A stretch of 64,000 nucleotides of DNA, from the IMG/VR virus record IMGVR_UViG_3300027899_000008. One strand, 5' to 3'. The DNA comes from a virus. Shown one piece after another: positions 1 through 9,794 of the stretch. The notes under the pieces were generated by a model, which saw only the letters and a list, made by a program, of their open reading frames with translations, made no database searches and was not told the origin of the DNA. Positions within the stretch are counted from its first letter, which is position 1; every line of letters begins with the position of its first letter. The translations under genes and the position numbers were made by a program.

Positions 1-387
1 ACAATCCTGAGAAGTTCCAAATAAACATTTTGGATTGTGTAGTAGTCCATCATCTTCATATCTTGTTATTGTATAGATTTCATCATCTGCTATATCGTCT
101 GCTAACTTTAATGTTTCATCGAATAAAATATCACTATTTGCTATAACATTGATGCTGTTAGAATCTGTGCGATTTTCTATAAATCGCAGAAAATCACTTA
201 ACATATCTAGATTTAATTCATATTTTACAATATCAGACTTAACAATGTTTGGCATATCATCACCAACAAATATATAAATTTCATCAAATAATTTTGATGT
301 TATATTTGTATTGATCGTAGTTATTATCTCATCATTTCTAACATCGTTTGGCGATTTCCAATATGAAATAAACAATTTATATTTCAT
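1..387 (-). CDS. Partial ORF running off the left edge; putative glycosyltransferase-like protein
   Basis: Not in the ORF track. Manual translation from ATG 387 (ATGA overlap with the stop of 384..1052) gives MKYKLFISYWKSPNDVRNDE...VIANSDILFDE...TITRYE...GTSQDC, open to position 1. IANSDI resembles a GT-A nucleotide-sugar motif, and the gene lies in a GT cluster. Confidence 0.55.
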   Translation of the reverse strand, partial: MKYKLFISYWKSPNDVRNDEIITTINTNITSKLFDEIYIFVGDDMPNIVKSDIVKYELNLDMLSDFLRFIENRTDSNSINVIANSDILFDETLKLADDIADDEIYTITRYEDDGLLHNPKCLFGTSQDC

Positions 388-1052
388 ATAAACCACATTC
401 CTTCTTCTTTGAATTTATTCATCTTAGTTTCAATTCCAACCATATGATTGTTATGAACCATAATTGCCTTGTCCTTTATTCCTTTGGTATAATACAGATG
501 CCCATTTGGAAAATACTCTATAGGTAATAATGCCACAATGGTTGAGTATTCTGTCAGAGCAATTTGATTGATGAGAATTTGGTCATCTTCTGTTTCATTC
601 AATCCACACTGCTCAATCATCTTGGAGCACTCTTCAGTGTTGTTGAATACCATAAGACCAGAGCAAATCATACTACCTGGAACATCAGTCTGAAACAAAA
701 CATATTTAGAATTAGCATTAAAGAAATCGATTGGATTCTGACAAAACACGATATCAGTATCAACCCAACAAAGTCTCTTGTGATTTCTGTATGTCTCGGA
801 TATCAACTTCCACTTTGACTTCACAATCTGCCTAAAGTTACTACTCTTGTCAAAAGACCATTCCTGATATTCAGTATATTTCTGATTTTTATATAGAAAT
901 GCTGTTGGATATTGCTTCATCTGTTCATACGCAGTAGCATCCAAACAAGCAATGATGAAGTTCTCTGAACCAATGCCCACATTCTCTGCGGACTTCAACA
1001 TGTTCTTACATATCTCTACGCAACCACTATTCAGTTGTGTTAAAAATTTCAT
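384..1052 (-). CDS. Nucleotide-diphospho-sugar transferase (GT77-like, GT-A fold)
   Basis: WVDTDIV DxD motif, CSGLM, DDQ and HNN motifs. Confidence 0.75.
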   Translation of the reverse strand: MKFLTQLNSGCVEICKNMLKSAENVGIGSENFIIACLDATAYEQMKQYPTAFLYKNQKYTEYQEWSFDKSSNFRQIVKSKWKLISETYRNHKRLCWVDTDIVFCQNPIDFFNANSKYVLFQTDVPGSMICSGLMVFNNTEECSKMIEQCGLNETEDDQILINQIALTEYSTIVALLPIEYFPNGHLYYTKGIKDKAIMVHNNHMVGIETKMNKFKEEGMWFI

Positions 1053-1714
1053 AAATTCCTCGCTAGATTATAATCTATACTTTCCTGTGGCAATCCCATC
1101 TCGCGAAGCGATTGTTCCTTGGATTCGTTGTCTGAAATTCCCATGGTAATCATTGGATTCATTCCTTGTGGAATATGAGTTCCAGGCCATATGGCATAAT
1201 TGATTGGAAGAGCAGCGATCTTTAGTTTTGGAAGATAGATGGGAAGAACAAATGCCATCAATATTTCATGGTCGAATACTTTTCGTTGAGTAGTTGATTT
1301 TATATTTTCCTCACATGAGGTAATCCAAAAATTCAAGAACTCAATCACCAGTTCATTGTAGGAGACATATATGGGAGATGCTTTTGGAATTGATAAATTT
1401 AAATTGGAAATAATTGCTTGATAGGCAAATCCAATATCGCAATTTCCTTCCATCTCATCAAACACCTTCAATTCATCATGAAGTATAGAATCAACATCCA
1501 TCCACACGAATGGTTTCTTCTTTTCCATTAATACATCAAGAATGAACTTTGGTTTTGCTAGACAATTTAATCTATATTCGCCAAGAGATGGCAATTCCCG
1601 TATATCATGAGGCATATTATATTCATTACAATTTATACGCAATCGTCGTGCGTGATCGCTATAATATGTTTTATCGCCAATGTCACAATAAAAAGATACA
1701 ATTTCAGTTTTCAT
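1049..1714 (-). CDS. Putative GT-A glycosyltransferase
   Basis: KPKFI...VWMDVDS DxD motif, DH motif; located in GT cluster. Confidence 0.65.
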   Translation of the reverse strand: MKTEIVSFYCDIGDKTYYSDHARRLRINCNEYNMPHDIRELPSLGEYRLNCLAKPKFILDVLMEKKKPFVWMDVDSILHDELKVFDEMEGNCDIGFAYQAIISNLNLSIPKASPIYVSYNELVIEFLNFWITSCEENIKSTTQRKVFDHEILMAFVLPIYLPKLKIAALPINYAIWPGTHIPQGMNPMITMGISDNESKEQSLREMGLPQESIDYNLARNL

Positions 1715-1715
1715 A

Positions 1716-2561
1716 TTAAAGTTGCTTTATTTTAGAATAAAGATAATCGTCTGCCATTTGTAAATCAATACATGTTTGATAATTTTTCAATGCTGATTCA
1801 ATCTTGGATTCAAACAATTCTTTGGTCAAGATTGTAACATCAAAATTAGGTGAAAGCAATACAAATCCATTGATATCAAAAATATCACCAATATCAGGAG
1901 CACCCCAATAGATTGGAATGGTTCCAACCATAAAGCAATCAGTTAATTTTTCTGTGTAGTATGTGGTATAGCTATCATTCTCAACTACAAAGGAGAACAT
2001 GTAATCCTTGAGTCCTGGTGTCTTATCCCAAGCGTCAATGCCAGAAATTCTTGGAGAGTCATTTACCCCACCATAAATGTCAATGACATCCTTGAATGTT
2101 GTAGCAATCGCATTTCTCAGTTTGTGTCCATATGCGTAATTCTTAGAAGAAGCAATTATAGAACACTGCTTAGTCTTCTCAATGGACATATCTTCCGATA
2201 GGGGCTTAATCCATGGGAGATTACTACCAGCATATGCAAATTGTATCTTTGGGTGAATGGAGAGCAATTCTCTTTCGGAGGTGAACACAGCATCGTAGTG
2301 TTCACAAATTTTCTCCAGATTATTCATCCATGTATCGCGAGGAACATGCATGGTGTGAAAAATGGTCCTAGATTCGCAAACCCATGCGACCTTTACCTCA
2401 CCTTCCTTTTTCACATATTCAATACCAGACATAATAGCACCATCAATGAATACCTTGATGGGACAATCTTCCAATGTCCATTGAAATCTTTTTGGTTTTA
2501 AATCAGAACAAGATGAATGTTCTATAACAAACGGCGCACCAATTGCTTGCACTTTTTCCAT
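1716..2561 (-). CDS. GT10-like (alpha-1,3-fucosyltransferase-like) glycosyltransferase
   Basis: YMFSFVVEN...YYTEKLTDCF..GTIPIYWG matches the GT10 signature. Confidence 0.8.
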   Translation of the reverse strand: MEKVQAIGAPFVIEHSSCSDLKPKRFQWTLEDCPIKVFIDGAIMSGIEYVKKEGEVKVAWVCESRTIFHTMHVPRDTWMNNLEKICEHYDAVFTSERELLSIHPKIQFAYAGSNLPWIKPLSEDMSIEKTKQCSIIASSKNYAYGHKLRNAIATTFKDVIDIYGGVNDSPRISGIDAWDKTPGLKDYMFSFVVENDSYTTYYTEKLTDCFMVGTIPIYWGAPDIGDIFDINGFVLLSPNFDVTILTKELFESKIESALKNYQTCIDLQMADDYLYSKIKQL

Positions 2562-2582
2562 AATATAGACCTTTCTTTGGTA

Positions 2583-2993
2583 TCACTTACCTATATGGTA
2601 TTTAGGTATCAGTTCCCAGTTGTGTTTCTCTTTATGGGCAATTATCTTTAATCTTGCCAAAGAAAGTTGAGGTTCTGCGTATCTAACAGGATCGACCGCT
2701 GTCGCTAGTCCCCATTCAACCAAGAGTTTAACGATGGTGTTTCGTCGTGCGATGTCGTCAACTGATATATCGCTTTCGAGATTATCAAGAATAAACATCT
2801 CCTTAAAATGCATAATCGCATAGCGACCTCGCTTATGCAGTATATGACAACTTTGGTATAGTTTGTTCTCTTTCTTTGAAGAGACACCTAATCGGGTTAG
2901 GGTTTCCTTTACCTTAAGGAAATCCTCCTCTGATTTTAATTTAATTTCCACGCCCAATCCCTCAAAAATATCTTCAAGCATGATATACTCCAT
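2583..2993 (-). CDS. regA: RegA translational repressor
   Basis: DFLKVKETLTRLGV...LYQSCHILHKRGRYAIMHFKE; follows gp62. Confidence 0.95.
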   Translation of the reverse strand: MEYIMLEDIFEGLGVEIKLKSEEDFLKVKETLTRLGVSSKKENKLYQSCHILHKRGRYAIMHFKEMFILDNLESDISVDDIARRNTIVKLLVEWGLATAVDPVRYAEPQLSLARLKIIAHKEKHNWELIPKYHIGK

Positions 2994-3006
2994 GTTACTT
3001 AGAAGA

Positions 3007-3014
3007 TATTTATA
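3007..3014 (-). promoter_or_regulatory. T4-type late (gp55) promoter TATAAATA upstream of regA and the GT cluster
   Basis: Exact TATAAATA on the minus strand, 13 nt upstream of the regA ATG. Confidence 0.65.
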
Positions 3015-3017
3015 GTT

Positions 3018-3404
3018 TCACCTTTTTTGCCCCCCTTTTTGAGTGAGTTCACGCAATTTGTCCATGGGAAGCAGGTCGATCACCTCGCGAGCTCGAGCGT
3101 CAGAATACCCATATACCTCTTTGATAGTATCCAAATCTGCGTGTTGTTCAGGCTTTATCCATTTGGAAAACCTCTTACGCTTGGTTATTGAATAGACATA
3201 ATAGTCATATTGTAATTTTTTGTCTAGACAGGTCAACTGATTCATACGATTGGCATAGAAAATGGTATCAGTAAAGTAAGAAAAACACTTGTTGATGACA
3301 AAGGGAACATAATCCTTCTCTAGACGGGGGTCTTTGGATAGGAGATTTTCCTTGGTCTGATTGATTGAGTTTAGGATATCGGAAAGCATATTATTTAAAA
3401 GCAC
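3018..3404 (-). CDS. gp62: Clamp loader small subunit gp62
   Basis: YVPFVINKCFSYFTDT...KRKRFSKW; synteny 45-44-62-regA. Confidence 0.92.
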   Translation of the reverse strand: MLLNNMLSDILNSINQTKENLLSKDPRLEKDYVPFVINKCFSYFTDTIFYANRMNQLTCLDKKLQYDYYVYSITKRKRFSKWIKPEQHADLDTIKEVYGYSDARAREVIDLLPMDKLRELTQKGGQKR

Positions 3405-4338
3405 AGGACATCATGAGTTGAACAAGACACGCTACAAGATTAATCTCTTGGTCAGCAACGAACGCAGAGCGATACTGCGCTTCTCCAATGATGAGAATTG
3501 CCTCTGGAATGGTCTGATTCTCCAAACAATCCCCAAGAGCATCGTAGATTTTCCTATAGATTTCCTGTGGGGATGTCTCAGCATTTAACGCTGCCCAACG
3601 ACGGACCACGGCAAAGTCCTTATTACGCAATGCTGTCATGAGATTCTTAATCTCAATCTCTGACAAACTCGATAGAATGCCCACATCAATCGTTCCAGAT
3701 ACTCCATATCGCTGTAGTTCATTTAGAATTCTACGCATATCGGGAAAGTGCTTGAGAATCAATTGACCAAGAACCTTCTTATCTGCCTTGACTCCTTCCT
3801 GCGCAAGAATATAGGAACACCTTTCCATCATCTTTGCGGCAATGGTTGGTTTTTCGGAGGCAGTAAGACTGAAGTCAATACAAGTGCAACGAGAGTGAAT
3901 TGGCTCAATAATTCTTGATTTATAGTTACATGTAAGGATAAACCTGCAATTATTTGCAAACTCTTCGATAGCACCTCGCAGAGCAGGTTGAATGCTATTG
4001 GCATTGGAATAATCAAACTCATCTAGAATAACCACCTTCTTGGTGTCGCCGATCAAAGATACGGTGCTAGCAAACTGACGAATCTTTGTTCGCAGTGTGT
4101 CAATGTTTCCTTCTTCAGAGCAATTAATGATAATCCAATCACACCCCATTTCATTACAGAGTGCTTTGGCAACCGTGGTCTTACCAACACCAGCAGTACC
4201 AGAGAAGAGTAAATTCTGTGGTTCTCCTTTAGCAACCATGTCGCTGAAGGTTGACTTCAGCGACATGGGGAGAACACACTCATCGATGGTTGCGGGACGA
4301 TACTTTTCTACCCACAGGAAATTTTCAGGTTTCATCAT
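3391..4338 (-). CDS. gp44: Clamp loader AAA+ subunit gp44
   Basis: LWVEKYRP, GTAGVGKTT Walker A, ILDEFD Walker B, SRC motif. Confidence 0.96.
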   Translation of the reverse strand: MMKPENFLWVEKYRPATIDECVLPMSLKSTFSDMVAKGEPQNLLFSGTAGVGKTTVAKALCNEMGCDWIIINCSEEGNIDTLRTKIRQFASTVSLIGDTKKVVILDEFDYSNANSIQPALRGAIEEFANNCRFILTCNYKSRIIEPIHSRCTCIDFSLTASEKPTIAAKMMERCSYILAQEGVKADKKVLGQLILKHFPDMRRILNELQRYGVSGTIDVGILSSLSEIEIKNLMTALRNKDFAVVRRWAALNAETSPQEIYRKIYDALGDCLENQTIPEAILIIGEAQYRSAFVADQEINLVACLVQLMMSCAFK

Positions 4339-5021
4339 TTAGATCCATACTTAGAGGTGTTAGCTTCCATGGCAAACCAATAAGTCAGCGAAATAGTCTT
4401 ATGTACAAATTCGCCAACAACATTTTTCGCGAAATTAATCTTGTAATCTCCAGGAAGAATCTTGATATTCTCCATTTTGAAATTGAACAAAAACTCAGTT
4501 CCATTGTATTTCTCCTCAACTACCACTTTATAGGTATTGGTTGTTGGATCGCCAAGATCCGACACCATTGCTACAATCTGTCCATTGTCAGTGGTAAAGG
4601 ACAAATCGGAAAGTTGCATTACCGACGCTGCTTTTTGTAATTCTGAAAATTGCTTATCAGTCATTGTGATGCTGACATTCACTTCTGGCATGATGACATC
4701 CTTGGTGGGAACCGAAAGAAGTCTTGGTTCAGAATAATAGTAATTCACTACTGAATTGCCACCATTCTTAATCTTCATGCTTTTTTGACCAAAATCAAAA
4801 CTAGGAGTGGAGAATAAACTGATAACTCCAAGAAATTTATTCAAATCCCAAATTCCAAATTCGACATCAAATTTCTCATCTACCTTGGCAATTGCCATTC
4901 CATTTTTGGAAGGTGTGATGGTCTTGATAATATCACCTGGTTTAATCAGGAGATTTGAATTTAGACTGGAAAAGTTTTTAAGAATTGATAATGTATTTTT
5001 CGAAAAGGTCACAGGTTTCAT
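4335..5021 (-). CDS. gp45: Sliding clamp gp45
   Basis: TLSILKNFSSLN, FGIWDLNKFL, KILPGDY; synteny. Confidence 0.93.
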   Translation of the reverse strand: MKPVTFSKNTLSILKNFSSLNSNLLIKPGDIIKTITPSKNGMAIAKVDEKFDVEFGIWDLNKFLGVISLFSTPSFDFGQKSMKIKNGGNSVVNYYYSEPRLLSVPTKDVIMPEVNVSITMTDKQFSELQKAASVMQLSDLSFTTDNGQIVAMVSDLGDPTTNTYKVVVEEKYNGTEFLFNFKMENIKILPGDYKINFAKNVVGEFVHKTISLTYWFAMEANTSKYGSK

Positions 5022-5031
5022 ATTTTATCTT

Positions 5032-5211
5032 TCATTCAAAAGTTTCATCAGAGATTTCATATCTGTCGTCACTATTTCTATTGATATATTCTCGTAGAGT
5101 TTGTTTATTTTTATTCCGTTGGGAAATATTTTCCTGTTTTTCAACGGACTTTAGTTTAAATTCCTTACGCTTCTTTAACTTATCGCGATCTCTGTCATAA
5201 TCCTTATTCAT
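5032..5211 (-). CDS. Small charged hypothetical protein (likely start MNKDY at 5211)
   Basis: AGGAG SD upstream of ATG 5211; lies downstream of a sigma70-like promoter. Confidence 0.55.
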   Translation of the reverse strand: MNKDYDRDRDKLKKRKEFKLKSVEKQENISQRNKNKQTLREYINRNSDDRYEISDETFE

Positions 5212-5226
5212 GTTTTCTCCTGTAGC

Positions 5227-5254
5227 ATTATACCACAATTATTTTATAATTCAA
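5227..5254 (-). promoter_or_regulatory. Sigma70-type promoter for the gp45-44-62 block
   Basis: TTGAAT-16 nt-TATAAT with extended -10 TG (TGgTATAAT). Confidence 0.65.
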
Positions 5255-5567
5255 CCCAAATCATATCAGTTTCTTGTTTAATTAAAGTATATAATACAGA
5301 CACATCTGGTCTATACCAACGATCTCCTTCAGTAGCCGTACCTGGTAGAACATCTTGTATATAGAAGTTTCCACCACCCGCACCTAGTGCTTTCCATGTA
5401 GATGTTGCTGTGCTTGTAGTTGGAACAATAGAGGAAGTAGAAGTTAAGGCAACATATTTTGCTCCTTTATACTCTACTACATCTCCAATGCGATACAAAT
5501 ATGGTTTCCCATCTGCATCATATTGTCTAAACTTACCTCTAAAATTTAGATTGTCTGCATTGTTCAT
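5244..5567 (-). CDS. Hypothetical protein with a CBM5/12-like small beta module; probably late-expressed
   Basis: YRIGDVVEYKGAKYVAL...P.....WK pattern; ATAAATA at 5574-5580, 6 nt before the ATG. Confidence 0.55.
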   Translation of the reverse strand: MNNADNLNFRGKFRQYDADGKPYLYRIGDVVEYKGAKYVALTSTSSIVPTTSTATSTWKALGAGGGNFYIQDVLPGTATEGDRWYRPDVSVLYTLIKQETDMIWVEL

Positions 5568-5568
5568 A

Positions 5569-7299
5569 TCAGTTATTTATCATTCTACTGAAATTATTCT
5601 TCTTTTCAAACAAGATTATATTAGAAAATTTATCAACAAGTTGGTCTGCTTTGTGACTAATTACATATACATTTGCCCTATCCGACACTATCTTTAGCAA
5701 CTTCATCAATTCATCCATTCCCATTCCATCCAAGGAAGAATCAAATACCTCATCCAAAATGAGAAGATTACAACTAACGCTATTCTTCATTCTTGCTATT
5801 TCTCTCCATGCGAGAAGCAGTGCTAAATCTATGCGCATTTTCTCACCCTCGCTGAAGTTCATATAGGAGAATTCATCGCGGTGACGAGATTTAATCTGTT
5901 CATTGAATTCCTCATCCATATGAAATTGAACATAGAAATCCATAGATGCTAGAAACTTATTGATGAACTTATTCATGTATGGGAGATAATGCTTGATTAT
6001 CTTAGTTTTAACCCCACCATCTCTCAGAAGTTCATTTGTAAGTTCATGATACATCAGGTCTTCTGATTCAGTTTCCTTTTGAAGAACAATAATGGAAAAG
6101 GATTCTTCGAATACCTTCAGTTTTTCCTTTTCCTCTACAATGCCATCCTTAATTGATGACTTCTGCATAGTGCCACGAATGCGTTCAATTTCTTTCTGAT
6201 ATGCTTCGATTTCCTTGTTGAAGGAATTTACTTCATGAATCGTATTGATTATATCCTGAATTTGACTTTCAAGTCTAGTGACATCATCCTGAAGACTATT
6301 ACTATGGTCTTTGGTCTTAATAATATCATCTTCTATATTAGAAATCTCGTAATTATTCATAAGCACCTTTTCCTTCTTGACTTTATCCTCAATTGGTTGA
6401 GTGCAAGTTGGACAGGTGCAATTTTCCTTAAAGAAGTGTATTTCCTTCTGCTTTTGTTCTTTTGAATTATTAAGTGTGGCGATATGTGTGCGGCAATCCT
6501 GAATTCTGTTGGTTTTGTCCTTTAGAATTTTCTTTCCACCATTCATATCTTCTTGTAGTTTTCCAACCGAAAGATTTTTGGATACTAAATCAAATTGAAT
6601 TGTTTGAATCTTTCTCTCTAGTTCAGTAATTCTTTCATTCTTCACATCATCATCTTCGTTGTTCTTTTTCTCAAGAGTAGAAATATAACTTCTCTGAACT
6701 TGAATCTTGTTCTTTTCAATTTCAATCTTTGTATTCAGTTCTCTAATTCCTTCCTTCAACGAAAAAATCTTACCCTTAAGAACAACATTCATTGTGCTGA
6801 AGATATCAATGTCAAGAATATTTTCAATTACACTTCTGCGGTCAACAGCACTCAACTGCATGAATGGAACAAACGACGAACTACCAAGAATCACCACTTG
6901 AGTGAATGTCTTGTAATTCATCTTTAAAATCTGTGTCTCTAGCAATTCCTGATAATCAAGACTCTTCGCATCTTGATTGATTAATTCAGTATTCTTATAA
7001 ATTTCAAACAACCGAGGATTGATTCCTCTCTTGATTAAAAATTTATCAACACCCTTGGTGAATTCAACCTCTACTAAACAATTCTTAGTATTAATCGAAT
7101 TAGGCAATTGTGGAATATTAATCTTCCGAAATGGTTTTCCGAACAAAGCAAATGTTATAGAATCGAGAAAGGCAAAAGATTTTCCACTTCCATTATTACC
7201 ACAAATAAGAGTTGTGTTGTTTACATCAAGAATAATTTCTGTTAATGTATTTCCAAACGAACCAAAATTCTTGAATCTTACTTTCTCAAAACGAATCAT
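5569..7299 (-). CDS. gp46: Recombination nuclease ATPase subunit gp46 (Rad50/SbcC-like)
   Basis: GNNGSGKS Walker A, CPTC zinc hook, FSEGEK signature, LILDE Walker B. Confidence 0.96.
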   Translation of the reverse strand: MIRFEKVRFKNFGSFGNTLTEIILDVNNTTLICGNNGSGKSFAFLDSITFALFGKPFRKINIPQLPNSINTKNCLVEVEFTKGVDKFLIKRGINPRLFEIYKNTELINQDAKSLDYQELLETQILKMNYKTFTQVVILGSSSFVPFMQLSAVDRRSVIENILDIDIFSTMNVVLKGKIFSLKEGIRELNTKIEIEKNKIQVQRSYISTLEKKNNEDDDVKNERITELERKIQTIQFDLVSKNLSVGKLQEDMNGGKKILKDKTNRIQDCRTHIATLNNSKEQKQKEIHFFKENCTCPTCTQPIEDKVKKEKVLMNNYEISNIEDDIIKTKDHSNSLQDDVTRLESQIQDIINTIHEVNSFNKEIEAYQKEIERIRGTMQKSSIKDGIVEEKEKLKVFEESFSIIVLQKETESEDLMYHELTNELLRDGGVKTKIIKHYLPYMNKFINKFLASMDFYVQFHMDEEFNEQIKSRHRDEFSYMNFSEGEKMRIDLALLLAWREIARMKNSVSCNLLILDEVFDSSLDGMGMDELMKLLKIVSDRANVYVISHKADQLVDKFSNIILFEKKNNFSRMINN

Positions 7300-8027
7300 T
7301 CAATAATGCTTTCTGGTACAATCATTGACCTAAACTGAAGAGAATCTATTGAATTTTTGCCACATGTAGTACATGGAGTTTTTGTCATAGCCTGAGTGAA
7401 TGCTGCTGGCATTCCCTCTGGAATATCAGACCTAGGATGTAACTTAGATATATCTTGAAATCTCTTTGCCATTTCTTTTCCATAATACCAAGTGATTTCT
7501 TCATCTTTGCGAATTGTTCGCAAAGCAATCATCTTGACTCGTTTGAATGGTTTTTCAAGTTGAATATATGCGTTTGGAGTATTGGAATGATTATATACCA
7601 AACCATTTCCTGTTGGCATATACATGGTATTTCCATTCATATTACAGATATCACAATCGCAATCCCAAACCCATGCGTATCTATTCAACACCCAATCCTT
7701 ACAGGACTTAGTTGTCGTGTCAAGAATAATAGTTTTCATTTCCTCAATACATTCTCCGGAAACAAAATCTTTAGCAGCAAATACTCCATGCTCATGAATG
7801 TTTGATTTACTCACATAACACTTGGGTGGCGCATATAATGCGGTATGAGAATATACGGATTTGCCATCTTCTGTATCTAATCGCATTCCAATATAATTGG
7901 AGTGTGAAGTACGAATCGGTAATCCCCGTTCATCAATTTTTAGTTTTTGATTATCCTCTGAGTTTTTATCCATTGTAAATTTAACTTGTTCTTCGTTTTC
8001 GATTTCAATTTGTTCATTATTATTCAT
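7296..8027 (-). CDS. SET-domain protein (putative protein-lysine methyltransferase)
   Basis: SNIHEHGVFAAKD, YNHSNTPNA (NHS motif), ALRTIRKDEEITWYYG (ELxxxY-type motif). Confidence 0.85.
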   Translation of the reverse strand: MNNNEQIEIENEEQVKFTMDKNSEDNQKLKIDERGLPIRTSHSNYIGMRLDTEDGKSVYSHTALYAPPKCYVSKSNIHEHGVFAAKDFVSGECIEEMKTIILDTTTKSCKDWVLNRYAWVWDCDCDICNMNGNTMYMPTGNGLVYNHSNTPNAYIQLEKPFKRVKMIALRTIRKDEEITWYYGKEMAKRFQDISKLHPRSDIPEGMPAAFTQAMTKTPCTTCGKNSIDSLQFRSMIVPESIIE

Positions 8028-9085
8028 AGTTTTAAACTTTCCATATACAAGTCTTTGATAATGTTTTTAAGTTTTAATTTATCAATATCTCGTTCAATCG
8101 CATCAATCTCGCGATTGATGATGCTCATTGTATCTTCGCCTTCGTCAAAGTCAACCCCTTCACTAGGAGTTAACACCGACATATCATCCACAATAGATAT
8201 GTCTTGAACTTGTTTACCCCACAATGCGTCTAATAATTTATCAAACATATTTTGTTTCGTTTTCATTCGCACAAAAATACGAACAAATCCACCCTTGAGG
8301 TCTGATTTGGAAACAAAATTAGCAATGTTCTTGATGCCTTGTTCTGTGGAATCATCATAGGTAAAGGTATGAAATATATCATTTTCGTTTTGAATAAATT
8401 CAAGTTCCATTGTCGATGTGTCGAGAACATGAAATCCCTTTTTGGAATTCACATCTCCAAAATTCATCTGATATTGACTTCCAAGATAAAATATATTACC
8501 TTCGTTTTGCTTTATGTGGAAGTGACCAGAAAGAACCATTTCAAATTTATTGAATTGCTTGGATGTAAGACCATGGGTGTGCTTCACTCCACTCATTACT
8601 TGAAATCCAGCAATCTCTAAATGACCACAAAGAACCCTACACGATGAGTTCTCTATGAATTTCAATGTATGTTCTAGGTTATCGGGAGTAATCCAAGGAA
8701 TGATTGATAAACATAGGTTATCAAATTTCATTTCAGTTGGTTTTTCGACCAATACAAAATTACTATAGTTGGCAAATAATTCCTTAATCGAATTAATTTC
8801 ATTTGTATTTCTATAGTATGTGTCATGGTTTCCAAGCGTGACATACATCAGAATATTATGTTGTTGTAAAGGTTCAACAAATTGTTTGCGAACAGAAGCA
8901 AGAGTATTGAAATTTACATACTTCCGTCGGTCAAAGAAATCGCCAAGATGAATGATGGTGTCTATTTTATTTTCTAGTAGATATGGTATGAATGTATGCT
9001 GTAGATAATTAAGAATATGCTGTAAGAATAAAGGTGAATCATTTCTTACACCGAAATGCGTATCATTCACAATGGCAATTTTCAC
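8024..9085 (-). CDS. gp47: Recombination nuclease subunit gp47 (Mre11/SbcD-like)
   Basis: DTHFG, GDFFD, GNHD, SGHFH phosphoesterase motifs. Confidence 0.96.
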   Translation of the reverse strand: MKIAIVNDTHFGVRNDSPLFLQHILNYLQHTFIPYLLENKIDTIIHLGDFFDRRKYVNFNTLASVRKQFVEPLQQHNILMYVTLGNHDTYYRNTNEINSIKELFANYSNFVLVEKPTEMKFDNLCLSIIPWITPDNLEHTLKFIENSSCRVLCGHLEIAGFQVMSGVKHTHGLTSKQFNKFEMVLSGHFHIKQNEGNIFYLGSQYQMNFGDVNSKKGFHVLDTSTMELEFIQNENDIFHTFTYDDSTEQGIKNIANFVSKSDLKGGFVRIFVRMKTKQNMFDKLLDALWGKQVQDISIVDDMSVLTPSEGVDFDEGEDTMSIINREIDAIERDIDKLKLKNIIKDLYMESLKL

Positions 9086-9651
9086 TTCTTCTTCCTTTTC
9101 TTTTTAATTTTCTTCTCGGGTTCCATGTTTTTAACATCGGTTTCGCTCAGAGAGAAGTGTTTGGATAAAAAATCAGAATATGATGTAACATCTGGTTGTG
9201 ATTTTAACCAATTGACTATTTTACCATCAAAATCATTCATCTGTAAGCATTTATATTTAACATATGCTTGTTTCTTTTCTTTTTCTATTCTTCTCAAGAA
9301 CGCATAATAAATTATCTGAGTAAAATAAGAAAATGGATTTGATGATTTATCTGGATCAAAATTGTGAGCATATAATACGCAATTTTCTATTCCATCTCCA
9401 ACCATATCTTCCCTAAATGGGTAGTTTATAAAGTTGGGACGATGAGACAGATGTTCTGCGATTTTTATAAAACATTCAGCAATATAATCGGTAAGAGGTG
9501 GTTTTTTCTCTTCTCCAGATTCTTCATATTCTTTTAAAGTTTTCTTCCACTCTTCCATTGATTTACAAAATCTTTTATTGTCAATATAGTGCTTTGCAGT
9601 ATTGACTTCTTTTTCAATTATTGAATCTTTATCGTCTGGAGTGTTTTTCAT
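9082..9651 (-). CDS. gp55: Late-transcription sigma factor gp55 (likely start at 9651 rather than 9690)
   Basis: HYIDNK, LSHRPNFINY, NPFSYFTQIIYYAFLRRIEKEKKQ; the upstream part of the track ORF is occupied by a consensus promoter. Confidence 0.93.
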   Translation of the reverse strand: MKNTPDDKDSIIEKEVNTAKHYIDNKRFCKSMEEWKKTLKEYEESGEEKKPPLTDYIAECFIKIAEHLSHRPNFINYPFREDMVGDGIENCVLYAHNFDPDKSSNPFSYFTQIIYYAFLRRIEKEKKQAYVKYKCLQMNDFDGKIVNWLKSQPDVTSYSDFLSKHFSLSETDVKNMEPEKKIKKKRKKK

Positions 9652-9658
9652 ATACTTG

Positions 9659-9686
9659 ATTATATCATATCTAAAAAATTTGTCAA
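9659..9686 (-). promoter_or_regulatory. Consensus sigma70 promoter for gp55-gp47-SET-gp46
   Basis: TTGACA (9686-9681)-16 nt-TATAAT (9664-9659) with extended -10 TG. Confidence 0.8.
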
Positions 9687-9725
9687 GCATTTATACAATT
9701 TTTATAAAAAATGACTGCTGTACCC

Positions 9726-9755
9726 TTGACAAGAGTTGGAACATGCGAGTATAAT
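9726..9755 (+). promoter_or_regulatory. Consensus sigma70 promoter pointing antisense into the upstream genes
   Basis: TTGACA (9726-9731)-18 nt-TATAAT (9750-9755). Confidence 0.6.
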
Positions 9756-9794
9756 CTCTGTGTGGGATTGAGAAGAAAAGAAGTGTTAAAGAAC

